The notes under the pieces were generated by a model. The model did no database searches and was not told the origin of the DNA. It saw only the letters and a program-made list of their open reading frames with translations. This document shows, one piece after another, positions 37,777 to 49,990 of a stretch of DNA of 64,000 nt. Every line of letters starts with the position of its first letter. Positions within the stretch are counted from its first letter, which is position 1. Source of the DNA: Phoronis australis (lineage: Eukaryota; Animalia; Phoronida); contig NMRA01000036.1 in assembly GCA_002633005.1 (NCBI GenBank), forward strand, positions 496,001 through 560,000, in the 5' to 3' direction. Both the position numbers and the translations under genes were made by a program.

Positions 37777-38563
37777 CAGAGCCCGGTTTATAACCTTTTC
37801 ACTCGAAGAAATCGAGCTCCAGAATATTTTTGGCATTTTCTATTCTGCTTTTGTGCGAACTCAAGATATGCGTGTATTATTCTATGCTTGAGTAACGTCT
37901 TGCATGCATAACGGCCTTATTCTATTCTGTACACCCCATCATTTCTAGCTTTTACTGGAAATATTGAGTTTTTACTCGAGATCTCTGCTCGAATCTAGAG
38001 GTCATCAAGTGAGAATTGGGACTAGAAATTCATACGCCGCGTAAACCGTAATGTACTAGCGAGCAGATTAATAGACACGTAGGCCCATATCTTATGTTCG
38101 CACTAACGTAGAGTAGAAAATGCAATAAAATAATCTCGAGTTGGATTTCGAGTAAAAAGATGAGACCCCAGAAATTATTTTTGTCATTTCCTTGTCTACT
38201 TTCCTGAGAATTCAAAATGAGAGACTATTTTTCTGTGCTCGGTTACATAATGGCTTGAGTGAATAACTGTCTAATCCTATTTTGCACTTGATGACCCCAG
38301 CGTTCAGGGTAAAACCTCGAGTTTAAGCTCGAAACGCAGATTTTTTTTATTCGAAATGTCGAGTTTTTACCATGGCTTTGTAGATCGAATTTAGGGGACA
38401 TCAAATGCGAACTTGGACTAGAAACTCGTATACATAAGCCATGATGTACTTCAAACACAAAATAATAGATACCTCTCTTGAGTTTGTACAAACGTAGAAT
38501 AAATAAATGCTAAAAATAAGATCGAGTTCGATTTCGAGTACAAAGATTAAATCCCGGGCCCTG
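37777..38563. mobile_element. PIF/Harbinger-like MITE with internal duplication of its TIR-proximal block
   Basis: CAG-AGCCCGGTTTATAACCTTT ... AAAGATTAAATCCCGGGCC-CTG; block 38012-38170 repeated at 38410-38560 and inverted at 37780-37900. Confidence 0.6.
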
Positions 38564-40266
38564 GTCCTGCTGGGTCTAAGTACCGCAAGCAGAAAGGTCG
38601 TCACGACGAATGCGACTATTCAAATTAGAAGTTGCGAGAACTAGTGAGCCGGGAGAATCTGGACCACACGTTGGAAACAAGTGGAATAATTTCAAACCCT
38701 TCTCTTCCATAGCAAGCCCGGTCACGAGGTGCTTGTTGGTATTCTTCACTCCGCCCACGTCTAGGTGAATGCCCCGGCATGGAAGCTTCCAATCCCTAAG
38801 CAAGAGCGCAAAGTCTGTAGCGGAATCGACGCGGATGGTCCCGGCCACGAAGGAGGCAATTTTGTGAGCACAGTTAATCCCAAGCGTAGTGACGCTCATG
38901 TGATGATTTGCCAAAGTTAAGTAAAAGTATGGTGTACGAGAATAAATTGACAATTCCGACGCAAAACTTCGGTAGTACCAGCGAATATAATAAACTGAGG
39001 TTGGAAGTCTTTAAGGAAATATAAGAGCGATTCACAGGAGTGGCAGGAGGCGGTGACAATTTCTTTGGTTTTGTCTATGTGGGAATAACTGCCCTCTAAA
39101 ATTGCTTTAAATGATGGCCAAAAGGGTGACTTTTGGAGACAGAGAGTCCATTTTAATGGTTGTTTAAAAACAACCAAGACCCAGTCAACACCAGTGGAGA
39201 CATCTTGAAGGTAACGCTTCACGTCTTGAATACTCGTAACGTTCTTGGAAGGGCCAATACTCTATACTCTGACGAAAGATGAACTTGCATGCACATGAGG
39301 ACGGTTAATTCCTGTCAAGTAACTTACCATGCTACCCGACTTATCTCACAGCAACTTGACCTAGGTTGGAATATAAGGTATAGCTCCTGCGTGGGTGTAG
39401 CGGCGCGATTATGTTACATAAGAAAAACGGTGGCATCGATCATAAAGCTCCGACTTCACACGGTATAGATGAAGTTTAACTGTTGTCTAGCTGGACATAT
39501 AGAGAAGTGCAGTGACGCCATATTGACAGGGCAATTTGTGACTGTCAGCGAGCAGTTAAAGTCTTAGAGAAACTTATTTCTCTGGTTTCACAGGAGGTTA
39601 CTTGCAAAGACAGGAACGAACTTATACGGCATCGCAAAAGCCTCGTCCAACGATGACGGACACAAGAGTATAGAGTACCATCATACCCAGGAAGCACACG
39701 GCTGAGCATCAAAAACTGGTGGCAATGCATCATAATAGTTAATAGGTATGCGATAAGACTGCGTTCGAGTTCAGTAATTTGGCGGAGAAGTTGACTGCAA
39801 AATGTATTTCACATGTCGAGCCATGACACTTTTATGTGTCAAATCGAAATTGGAGCAATACGTTGTTAGAATCTGGACACGAGTTGTACAGTTGCTTTTA
39901 CTCTTAGGCAAAAAGATCGCCTCTGTATCGTTTATAGATTCCATCTCCCTTAAAATCAAGTGCTTTGGAAATGTTGTTTTGTTTCATGTTTTCGGTGGAA
40001 CCATTTCTATTTGGCTTTAATGCGTTGTTTCTAGAAGTCAAACCAAATGAACCAACTAGAAGTGTGCAACTTGAGTTTGATCCTATCAGCGCTGACAGAC
40101 TCAAGTGCGTCTTCTTAATTGATGATCAAGCCTAGTGTTTCAGACTTGATCGACAACTGTATAGGCATCCTCTTGTATTATTATCGGGATGTAACTCACC
40201 CACAGAATGATCGATGCCCAAAACATAAATTAAATAAATTCAGTAAAAGATTATTCGTGTACTTAC

Positions 40267-40417
40267 ATGATAAACTGCCTGACAGACAACCGAATATGTT
40301 GAAGCGAAGACCAGCATTTACTTTCCACGTTTTCGGAGTTAACTTTATTGCATCAGCTTTCACTGGAGATCCAAAATGCACATAGGATATGTCGTCGGCG
40401 AAGTCACTCAAAAACAC
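40267..40417 (-). CDS. Mosaic gene: C-terminal part of the F5/8 type C (discoidin) domain (VFLSD...FGSPVKADAIKLTPKTWKVNAGLRFNIFGC)
   Basis: cacag/gtaagt, phase 0 to 1; P..A..I.L.P..W.....LRF...GC signature. Confidence 0.88.
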
Positions 40418-40548
40418 CTGTGACAGATAGACTCCATGTACTGTCCCATTTGCTCTTTTTGCCAATCGAAGCAGTCGTGCATCAACTGCAACCGCAGGTA
40501 AGTAAGTGGCCCAGAAAGGCAGACAGCAAAAAAAAAAAAAAAAAAAAA

Positions 40549-41140
40549 NNNNNNNNNNNNNNNNNNNNNNNNNNNNNNNNNNNNNNNNNNNNNNNNNNNN
40601 NNNNNNNNNNNNNNNNNNNNNNNNNNNNNNNNNNNNNNNNNNNNNNNNNNNNNNNNNNNNNNNNNNNNNNNNNNNNNNNNNNNNNNNNNNNNNNNNNNNN
40701 NNNNNNNNNNNNNNNNNNNNNNNNNNNNNNNNNNNNNNNNNNNNNNNNNNNNNNNNNNNNNNNNNNNNNNNNNNNNNNNNNNNNNNNNNNNNNNNNNNNN
40801 NNNNNNNNNNNNNNNNNNNNNNNNNNNNNNNNNNNNNNNNNNNNNNNNNNNNNNNNNNNNNNNNNNNNNNNNNNNNNNNNNNNNNNNNNNNNNNNNNNNN
40901 NNNNNNNNNNNNNNNNNNNNNNNNNNNNNNNNNNNNNNNNNNNNNNNNNNNNNNNNNNNNNNNNNNNNNNNNNNNNNNNNNNNNNNNNNNNNNNNNNNNN
41001 NNNNNNNNNNNNNNNNNNNNNNNNNNNNNNNNNNNNNNNNNNNNNNNNNNNNNNNNNNNNNNNNNNNNNNNNNNNNNNNNNNNNNNNNNNNNNNNNNNNN
41101 NNNNNNNNNNNNNNNNNNNNNNNNNNNNNNNNNNNNNNNN
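40549..41140. other. Assembly gap (N run) preceded by a poly-A tract
   Basis: Run of n characters. Confidence 0.99.
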
Positions 41141-43091
41141 TAAATTAAATTTAACTTGTTAAATGCATTTATCGTCATTATTTTGACACTTGTCTCCTTA
41201 TTTTGATACTAGTCCTTAGGGTTTTTTTTGCATTACTCATCTCTATTTATAGCCTCTAGGGCCTACTTTTGTATTCATACGTTTCTCTACGCGACTCCTG
41301 ATTGGTCGCCCATATTTCCTTTGTTCTGTTCAACGTGGTCTCTCATTCAGCCACCTACCTCGTCATCTACAAGACCTACGTTCGTTCTCTTCATTTTTTG
41401 TTTGGCGTTTTTTGCATGCCCATCTTGCAGAGTCTTAGTTAGTTTTATCTATTACGTCATAATAAATGACAATATTCGCAATCCTCCTCTTGTTTTACTC
41501 TGCAACATATAGCTCGTGGCGTACCCGGGCAAAATAGATTACGATAAAGGACGTTAACACTGACGACGAGCATGGTCGATACATGTACATGTGCAGTGGG
41601 CCGACATGTACTGGCCTTGGAGAAAAACTCTTTGATTGCGTTTTTTAGAATTTTCGACTTCATTGAGTTCATGATCGACATAAAAAAAATAAATTATCGC
41701 GAAAGTACAAATGGTTAAATGCCTAAAAACTCTAAAATTTTCGGAATTCGAGGTCTTGAGATCAGCTTGGTCTGTCCTCTCTGGACACTCGACTATTAGT
41801 TGGGTATTCACTTTACAACCCTATTCATAAACAATTGACAGATCGATTGGCACAACATTGTACAATTTCTCGGGAATAACCCTTGATAAAAGCGTTAGTG
41901 TCCACGGCCAAAATTTGGTTGTTTTTATAAAACTGAGATGAGTAGTGTAATAATGACACCAGCCGGTAAAATACGCAGAAAGATGAGGGACACCGTTTTT
42001 CGTCACTGGTTTGCAGTACTCTGCCTGATATACGACCTCCTAGGCTAATAGCGAGATCAATATGTGGTCAGTGGATTCGACATTAACCTTTTCACTTATT
42101 ACCTCCGGTACAACGGATACATTCAACATTGATCAGCTTGCTATGGAGGTGCATGTGCCTAAATACGTACTCATCAACAATACGTGTTTCTACTTGAAAG
42201 AAAGTTTAACAAAAGACATTCAGTCAGATTTAAAAGAGCTATTTTTGAACGTTTGCCTTGTTAGATTTACTGAACAATTATTGAATGATTGCGGCACATT
42301 TTTTTCAGCATAAAATGACATAAGTGCCAAGCAAAATCTGTGTCGGTTATAAATGAAGTAGATACCTCAAACAACACCTTTAAAAGATTTGTGATTCTAA
42401 CTCCAACGTTTAACTTAACAAACTTAGGTTGTAATTCATCCAGACTTTTTATTTCGAGTCCTTATCTCACAAGTGCTTCAACAGTTCTACAACTACTTGA
42501 AGTCGAAAATTTAACAACTGAGAACAAATTTTAATTTGTACTTAAAAGTCTATATTTAGTAACTTCAAGTACACTATTTTGCACACAGCAAGAAATGAAA
42601 TCATCTAAAATACTAATCGATAATTTGCTGTACTCTCTAGATAGTGCTCGACCTTGCGGCCAGTAAAGAGATTACTACGTCGAATCTATCCGATATATTG
42701 GTGTAACGATTACGGACCAAGAACGTTAATTTTTTTTTAAAGCGTGAAAATGGTGTACAGGACAAGTTTGATATGCCTACAAAAATTAGGTTAGTTACTC
42801 AAGCCTATTATCACTAAGGTAAATAAATGGCTGATCACGAATCGTGAGTGAACAACTGTTCTCTGGTTTTGTTGATAATGCTTTGTTCATATAATCAGCT
42901 GTACCAAAACAACTTCACAAAGAGGGTAGAGTGTACAGTGAAGCATGGCTCCCGCCTGCGTCGGTGCGTGGAAAACAATCCACCGTGTACTAGTAGTAGA
43001 CAGATCGCGACAACCCTCACAGGAGAGTTGTATAGTTGTTCATTTTAATGTCTATGATATCGTTTAAAAGCAACATGAGTATCAATGTTAC

Positions 43092-43195
43092 CTTGAACTT
43101 GAAGTGCTGTAATGTAATGTTGTCCGGGCAACGACAGCTGAATCATAGGCTCTGAGTCGTTCACATTAGGGGCCCATGAAATACCGCTGCCAATT
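43092..43195 (-). CDS. Mosaic gene: F5/8C middle exon (RIGSGISWAPNVNDSEPMIQLSLPGQHYITALQVQG)
   Basis: aacag/gtaaca, phase 2 to 1; W......P.IQ..L.....IT....QG discoidin motif. Confidence 0.85.
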
Positions 43196-43532
43196 CTGTT
43201 GAAAGGGAATAAAAGCAAGACTTGAATTGATCGCACGGCTTTATTATAAGGATAACTCACGACGCAAGGCTAGATTTCGTTTCTTTAACTACTAATGATT
43301 GGACCCAAGCAAGTCGCGACTACTCAGTGAACAACATCAGTTGAGGGATGTCTTTTTTGTTGTGTTTCTCAAAATTCAATTTGTTATTTAGTACAGAACC
43401 ATTTTTGTATCTGTCAAATCAGTGTTCAAAAACGTAGGACAGGCCAAAGCGTAAAAATTTTTGTACCATCCCATATTTCGATACAAATCAAAGCGACGAG
43501 ACATGACTATGGTCCCACCGATCAAGTCTTAC

Positions 43533-43611
43533 CTTGCGTTGGTTATGTCGGCACCGTTATCATCTGTTGAAGTAACTGAAGAGATTGGTATTACTAAGGA
43601 GTCGCAAATAT
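43533..43611 (-). CDS. Mosaic gene: F5/8C first exon (DICDSLVIPISSVTSTDDNGADITNAR)
   Basis: ttgcag/gtaaga, 79 nt, phase 1 to 2, fits both neighbours. Confidence 0.75.
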
Positions 43612-44765
43612 CTGCAAGGCATAGTTTTAATAAATGAGAAGTCATGACTTCAAAGTTTCAGTAAAGAAAATGGTATGATGTACGTAAATGTTCACAACAT
43701 TGATAAAAAATATGAGCAGCAGGATATTTTCCTACACACTCATGCGCCTATTAGCAAAACAATCAAAAGATATGTTTTATGCAGTGAAATTATTGTATTT
43801 GAGCAAAAGATGCAGTAGTTGAATGAAAAGTAATAGTTCTGTGGATAATACAAGGGTAACGAGAGAGTCAAGTGAGCGTGCACTATTTTTCCTATGGGAC
43901 TCGATAAAGGAACTTTGGAATTCCTGGAATTCAAGACTCATTAGTTCCGGTAAAAACAATTTCTGGTATTGAGGCTTCAGTATAATTTCGTGAACATTTT
44001 AGGGATACCCTATAGATATCAGATAATCTTAACATAGAGAAGAAAATGGAGATGGAACCACTCTTGACACATCTGAGAAGTTGCTTCCAAGAAACATTAT
44101 ACAAAGAAACTTAAAGCTGTATTTTGCCCTGTCTAAAATCAGGAATCGGCGGAGGCCTTTTTACTCCCATAAATACGGTGTCATAATATTCTTTACCGTG
44201 ATAGCATTTTATTGCTTGTATCCGATACTCAATTACACTTTGGGTATCGCAAATGTGTGTGTGTTATCTCTTGTAATTAAGGAACCCACCTGGTTCCTTC
44301 TGTGAAATATTTATTTTTAGAGCTGTGACCCCGAAATTCCCAATACAACTTAAAATACATATTATTCTTGTTTTTATTTGTCCCCAATAATTTCAAAAAC
44401 GGTATTATCGTTCTTGAGATTTTATCTTTATATCATACGAAATTTGGTCATATAATTAATTCTGTAGTTAAGTCTAACGAAGTCACTGAGTTTAATTTCG
44501 TAGTTTTGTACATATTTGGCTGAATTACAGAGTTGTCGATGAGGTCTCACATATAAACTTAATAAGAAAACGCTTCAGTGTTGCACCTGGACAACCCTAA
44601 AATGTGACTTGGTATAAAAAATGAAATTCTGTCATGGTTAGAAATATTATGAGACCGCAGATACAAGAGTATAAGGCACAATTCTAGTTTTGTTTTCTAG
44701 CCAACTAAAACAAGACGAATTGCAGTTTTAACATGTTGGATAAACAAAACAGCTAATGAACCTAC

Positions 44766-44891
44766 CGTCTGAAAAGCATTCCATCCTTGCAGGTTGTGAC
44801 GTCGGCGAATAGCGTAACCAATAGTAACCATAAGACTCTACACCAAATTTCCATAAATCATTGCAAGAGCGAGCGTTAACAGGGAACATAT
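44766..44891 (-). CDS. Mosaic gene: short fibrinogen-related N-terminal-like module (ARSCNDLWKFGVESYGYYWLR...RMECFSD)
   Basis: ttacag/gtaggt, 126 nt, phase 1-1; RSC.DL...G...G.Y.I...C motif. Confidence 0.8.
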
Positions 44892-45251
44892 CTGTAAAAA
44901 CGTAATTATCGGCATATATCCATAACTCCAATGAACTAGCCTCACATATAAAAAAACACTAACTCAACAATGGAACTCGCTTTCGCTTTATATCCAGGTT
45001 TTCATTCATCCCCTTGCATACATTACTAAGACCGAGATAAAGAGTAGGAGGTCGACAGCTTTATGCATTGCTCAGTTGTTTGCCAGGAAAGTCACGATTC
45101 AAACCGCGGACTCCTAAACGGGAGTCCCCAGTACGCCACACTGTCCCCTCTTAATTTACTTCTATCAATAAACTAACTTTTGACATATACCACATGCAGT
45201 CGTTCCTCGCGACACCGACTGGATAAATCTCCGGTGGAAAATTGGTAATAG

Positions 45252-45400
45252 CATGGGTGGCGCACCATAGGGGACTGGAGGGGGGGAGGGCGGGGGCTAT
45301 AGCCCCCACTTTTTTCTGTGCTGTGCCGCCCATGGTTTATGGGCAGTGCACTACAGGGAGGTTGACAGCCCCCCACTTTTTCAGTGCTGCGCCGCCTATT
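45252..45400 (+). mobile_element. Dimeric CATGGGCGG-terminated MITE (same family as 62579-62723)
   Basis: Two ~70-bp units, each CATGGG(C/T)GG...gggggct.agcccccact...tgc.ccgcc(c/t)at. Confidence 0.7.
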
Positions 45401-45935
45401 TATATTAGCAACATATCGCGAGGAAGACTATAGAGATCGTCGATAGGCCTCGGCGTCAAAGTCAGTAATCAGTGCAAAATTGGGCAAATTCTATTTCTCA
45501 GTCACAGAGAGTCGGTAGATCACTAATACGTTGCGCGATTTCAGCAGGCCGTCGCTCTATGATTAACAGATTGCTGGTAGTATTCAAATAGAGTATCAGC
45601 AGCAGGTATTCTACACTTGAGAGTGAAGTTTGAAATGAGGGTTAGGATTTGGCAAACGAGACTTCAGAACACATGCATTTTAGTAGGAGAAAAATTTCCT
45701 ATTTGTTATAATCTTGGGCCTTACTCGACGGCTGGCGAATAATGTTGGTTGTAGATGCTAATTGTTGTCTCGACACGGTGCACTAGCATCAGTTTCACAT
45801 TATTAAGATGCAACCGCTCTATTAGTTTGGTTAATAAGATAGAATTTAATCGGTGGTACTAGCCGAGCATTTTCATACACGTGATTGGACTGAAGTGTAT
45901 TTTACAATCTTAAAAGACTGTGTGGATGAACTTAC

Positions 45936-46199
45936 TGACGTTGTAAACCGCAGCTGGAGACTGTGCGTTGCTTGGGTTCCCACAGGCTTGTTTTGACGCA
46001 CCGGGACAGCCAATGGTACAGAGGTTCAAGCCCAGTTTCGTATTCGGCCGGGAATAAGAACAATGGCACTCCTCTCCATACACTATGGCGAACAAGCCAA
46101 ACAAACCTCGGCAGTATTCTATGCATTGAGTGCTGGTCATCGTGGAACTACGCAGTGTCGGACTGAACCAGGAAGGCTTTTGGTAACATCCATCGAGAC
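45936..46199 (-). CDS. Mosaic gene: first WSC domain (LDGCYQ...MTSTQCIEYC...ECHCS...CTIGCPG...ACGN...VY)
   Basis: accag/gtaagt, 264 nt, phase 1-1; eight-Cys WSC pattern. Confidence 0.9.
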
Positions 46200-47785
46200 C
46201 TGGTAAGGGATAGGAATGTCGTCATAAAGTCCCCACAAAACACATATTAAATATAGTTGATGCGTATTAGCGGAAAGCAGTTTAAGAAGACCAATTGCGA
46301 GTTTAGTCCGTTTTTAAAAGATGTGATGTGACAAGCAATAACGGATAAAAACAATATATGGAGACCTACTCGTCAACTGAAGTACTATTTAATAGAGTGG
46401 AAAATAGTTATTTGTCAATCTTTTTCAGAAGTACGATATAAAAAAATTCACATTTTTCCACAGTTTTTAAGTAAGAGTGCATCTTAGCATACATTTGAAG
46501 CTTTGGTGTAAACAGAAGTGGCAATTTTGGATGGTTACAATTTTCATGCCCATCCTAAATCCCCGCAGGTACTACAGATCGTTACGCACGACATGGTCCT
46601 TCAAGATGATGGCAAGTGCGCAGTCTTTAATTCGTTTGAAGCCCGAAACTGTGGAAGGTTGCCGAAGGATACATGACGTTGAAATTCTGCTCCAAAGATT
46701 TAGTGACCTGCAGGTATTTTTTTTCTGTTTACGACAAGGCTAAGTTATCTTTTTATAGGTGGTATCGAGTTACTCTTCCTCCATTTACGCACTCAATTTG
46801 AAGGGCAACCCAGAGCAGAGGTTTATGAGAAATTAACTCTGGGAAGCGACACGTCTATGTTTTTCATTGTAGCTTCTGGGTTCAGAGTCTAATCTCCTGG
46901 CGAACTCGGACTCTGCTCAGACGTAGACTCGAAAATTAACTGAACACGTCAGATATTTAGGTTTACTCGATCCTTTCATGCAGTTGACAAAATCTCGAAT
47001 CGAGTTCGCGAACAGAAATTAGTCCTCGATTCCTCGTTTGACTTTGCATTCGGCGGTAGCACACCTTATCAATCATATGCGCCGGAAGATTTTCAGCAAA
47101 TTACGCTAGACCTTGCTTAACTATTAAAAATCAAGTTTCTATGTTCCTTTCAAGTATTGGCAATTAGATTTCTCAAACTCTTCCTGCTGGAGCAGATACT
47201 CCTGGAATCAACATTTTTGAATAGTTCTTCGTTCTATCAACGAAATCATGAATTGTGCCAATCCTGTTGTGATTGCATGTCTATGGCATATATTTTTTCA
47301 GTTACATGGAGGTCGAATTCCATGACTTCGGGAGTGAGCCTATCACACCTGTACTACACTGGAGATCCGTCAGAGCTTCCAACTGCTCGAAATCGTATCA
47401 GGGTTGCTAGTCTCGCTTATACGCAAATGCTATTTGTCAATGATTTCGTTGACGAAAGAAAAGTCGTATAAGAAAGAAGTCTGAATTACGGAAGTATTTG
47501 CTCGAGGTGGAAGAATTTAAAGACAACGACGACCTCCAAAGCTGTCCTTTTTTGCTTAAATGTACTTGTAGCGACGTAACTTAGATGAAATAGCCAGTCT
47601 GAAGTATAAGTTGCCAAAACGCTTCCAGCGTATGGAGGATCTACCGGATTGTCCCCGTCTGTGACAGATCAGCTGTACTGTCTACTTTCGCTTAAGCTGC
47701 TTAGCAAACCAGAGCTTTTGCTTTTTGTACTATATTGTGAATAATTACAATCACATTACTATAATGACACGTCAAATTTTGTTAC

Positions 47786-48230
47786 CTGTTGTTTCCTCGC
47801 AAACATAATAATACGAATCAGAACAGTCGGTTGCTGAGTACCCGCTGCCGTTGTAATACACGCATCTGTGGGTCTCGTTGAACACCGACTCTTCAAATTT
47901 ATTGACAGCACCGCTGATGGATGTGTAATAGTTATTTAGTTTGTTGGCGTAGTATCCTGTCCAAAAGTCAGTTTTTGCTGAGCTGTTAACAATATACTGA
48001 AATTCCGTCAGGCTAGTACTCAGGAGAAAGCCATTTTTCTGAATACAGTCAACTCGTGCAGCGTTAAACGTTTTCTTGACTTCGACCACAACATAACAGC
48101 GCCTGCCATGTTGAGTAGCTGACTGGTGCATGCAAGCAGTGGCTGCCACACCGCCATTGATTAATAGAATTACACTAACTAATAGGATATACATAACCAG
48201 AGTCCTTTTGACTTTGTATTCCCTGGTCAT
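47786..48230 (-). CDS. Mosaic gene first coding exon: signal peptide plus C-type lectin domain
   Basis: ATG at 48230, hydrophobic leader, RCY...TF.AAR.DC...G.L...FW.G...CV......C....YYVCE; donor gtaaca, phase 1. Confidence 0.88.
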
Positions 48231-49531
48231 ATTACTTGCTTCGTACTCACAACTCTTGTAACCAACAAATTATTTGACATTCATCGTGACCATTCACTGG
48301 ACACCGCAATTCAACAAAGAAAGTACGATACTTCCGACGACCATCCATCCGTGCCTCAGTTAGAAGTAACACGCCGTTTTCAAACTGCAAGCTCAATATT
48401 TGAAGATAGTAGCGCTTGCCTGTAAACCAATATTGAACTAGAAAAGACAGTATAAAAAGAACGTCGATGATATCGATCCAAATTCTGGGATGCGATTGAT
48501 TGATGAAACGACGCCTTACTTGTTACCAATACCAAGACAAAGCATGTACATCTACTGTACCTGATGGCGATAGCACAATAAGGGTAATAGTCCTTGAATG
48601 CATAGAAATATTTTGCTTCTATATTGTTTTCATATTGTACCATTCTATGAGTTATTATTCAATTTTGTTCTCCTACTAAGTCCCCAAAACTCCAACAATG
48701 TGTCACTTGGTAGGGGTTGATTCGGAAGATTTCATCTGTGACGCTACTGTCATTTTCGAATACATCGTGTGGCAGTTGTCAGCCACTGAGCATCCGGTGA
48801 CATCACAATTAACTTTCTGGCGTACTTTACACCGAGTCACGGTTTTGAATTCGGCATGCGTAGCGCGGGCGCAGTAGCGTGAGTGGTAGGGAACTTGGTG
48901 AACAAGCCGATTTTTACCGTGCGCTCAATGGATATCCAACAATAATATACAAATTTCTAAGACAATGATACGTAAATGACCAAAAGGCCCCTGACATTAA
49001 ATTTGTACCATAATTACGTGAATGCCACAGGGTTGCTTGGGTACAAACTTTCAAATCACTCATGAAGTTAGCTTTTATTAATTTTGCTCATTCGCGAGGC
49101 ACTCTTCTTAAGCAAAATCATGAAAAGAGGTCATTTAAGTGGAACTTTGGGGGCATATAAACTGGAGCTGTGGTGGAGGTTCGATGCTCACTGTAGGCCG
49201 GTTTATATGGACGTTTTTGATCGCTAGTTTAATCGTCATTTCAACATACCGAGTAAAATCCCAACCTTTAATCGTCATTTCATTACCCACTAAAATGGTG
49301 GATTTTGCTCGAAAGTGCCGAGCAAAATCTTACGCCAAAAACAAAAATCACTCAGACCACCTGCAGACACCGGACGTGGTTCACAGTTCTGTAGGGGGCG
49401 TAGGCGCACGTAGACGCAGCCAACCACCTTTTGGCATTTGAACGTAGCGCCTACGCACCGTAAGTTACGTTCAGTGCTCAAGGTCATACGGTGGCCTTTG
49501 GGCGCCTACTTACCTCTAATTTCACCACTGC

Positions 49532-49765
49532 CAGTGGCAGATCTACGTTTTCAGTAAGGGGGGGGGGGGTAGGATTCGAGCGAATCCGAGGCGCGTGGCG
49601 CCGAGTGGAAGAAAGGTCGGTAGGAGGTTTCCCCCCTCCCATGTAAGATTTTTTGTGGTTTTTAGAAGCTGATTTCGTTTTTCTTGCGATTTTTTTTCAA
49701 TTTTTATTTTTGATTCTGTCCCGGGGTTTTGAACCCCCTGAACCCCCCTCTAGACTGCAGCACTG
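49532..49765. mobile_element. hAT-like MITE
   Basis: CAGTGGCAGATCTA...G-run ... gaaccccctgaacccccctcTAGA...CACTG; TSD not evident. Confidence 0.55.
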
Positions 49766-49871
49766 GTGGTTCAACAAACCCTTGCGCACTTCATGACATC
49801 GCTTCGCGCAATTTGCATTGGAGCACAAGACGTGACGCGTTTTTATTTTATTCCGGAAATGTGGTCAGGGG

Positions 49872-49990
49872 TACGGTGGCCCAAAGATGACATCGCGCAT
49901 TTCTCAGGATCTCGAGATAATTAAGTCGGAATCTTGAGATCTTGAGATCATGAAAAAGAAACGCGCGATGTCATCTTTTGTGCCACCATA
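49872..49990. mobile_element. ~120-bp MITE with TA ends (Tc1/mariner-like)
   Basis: TA-CGGTGGCCCAAAGATGACATCGCGC / GCGCGATGTCATCTTTTGTGCCACCA-TA. Confidence 0.75.

Noticed and set aside
40348-41178. Long ORFs of 218-266 aa
   Set aside because: Artefacts of translating through poly-A and the N gap
47157-47640. Transposase-like fragment (PSELPT.R) in the first intron of the mosaic gene
   Set aside because: Too short and broken to assign
48227-48280. 17-aa uORF whose stop overlaps the lectin gene ATG
   Set aside because: The transcript 5' end is unknown and such an overlap arises easily by chance
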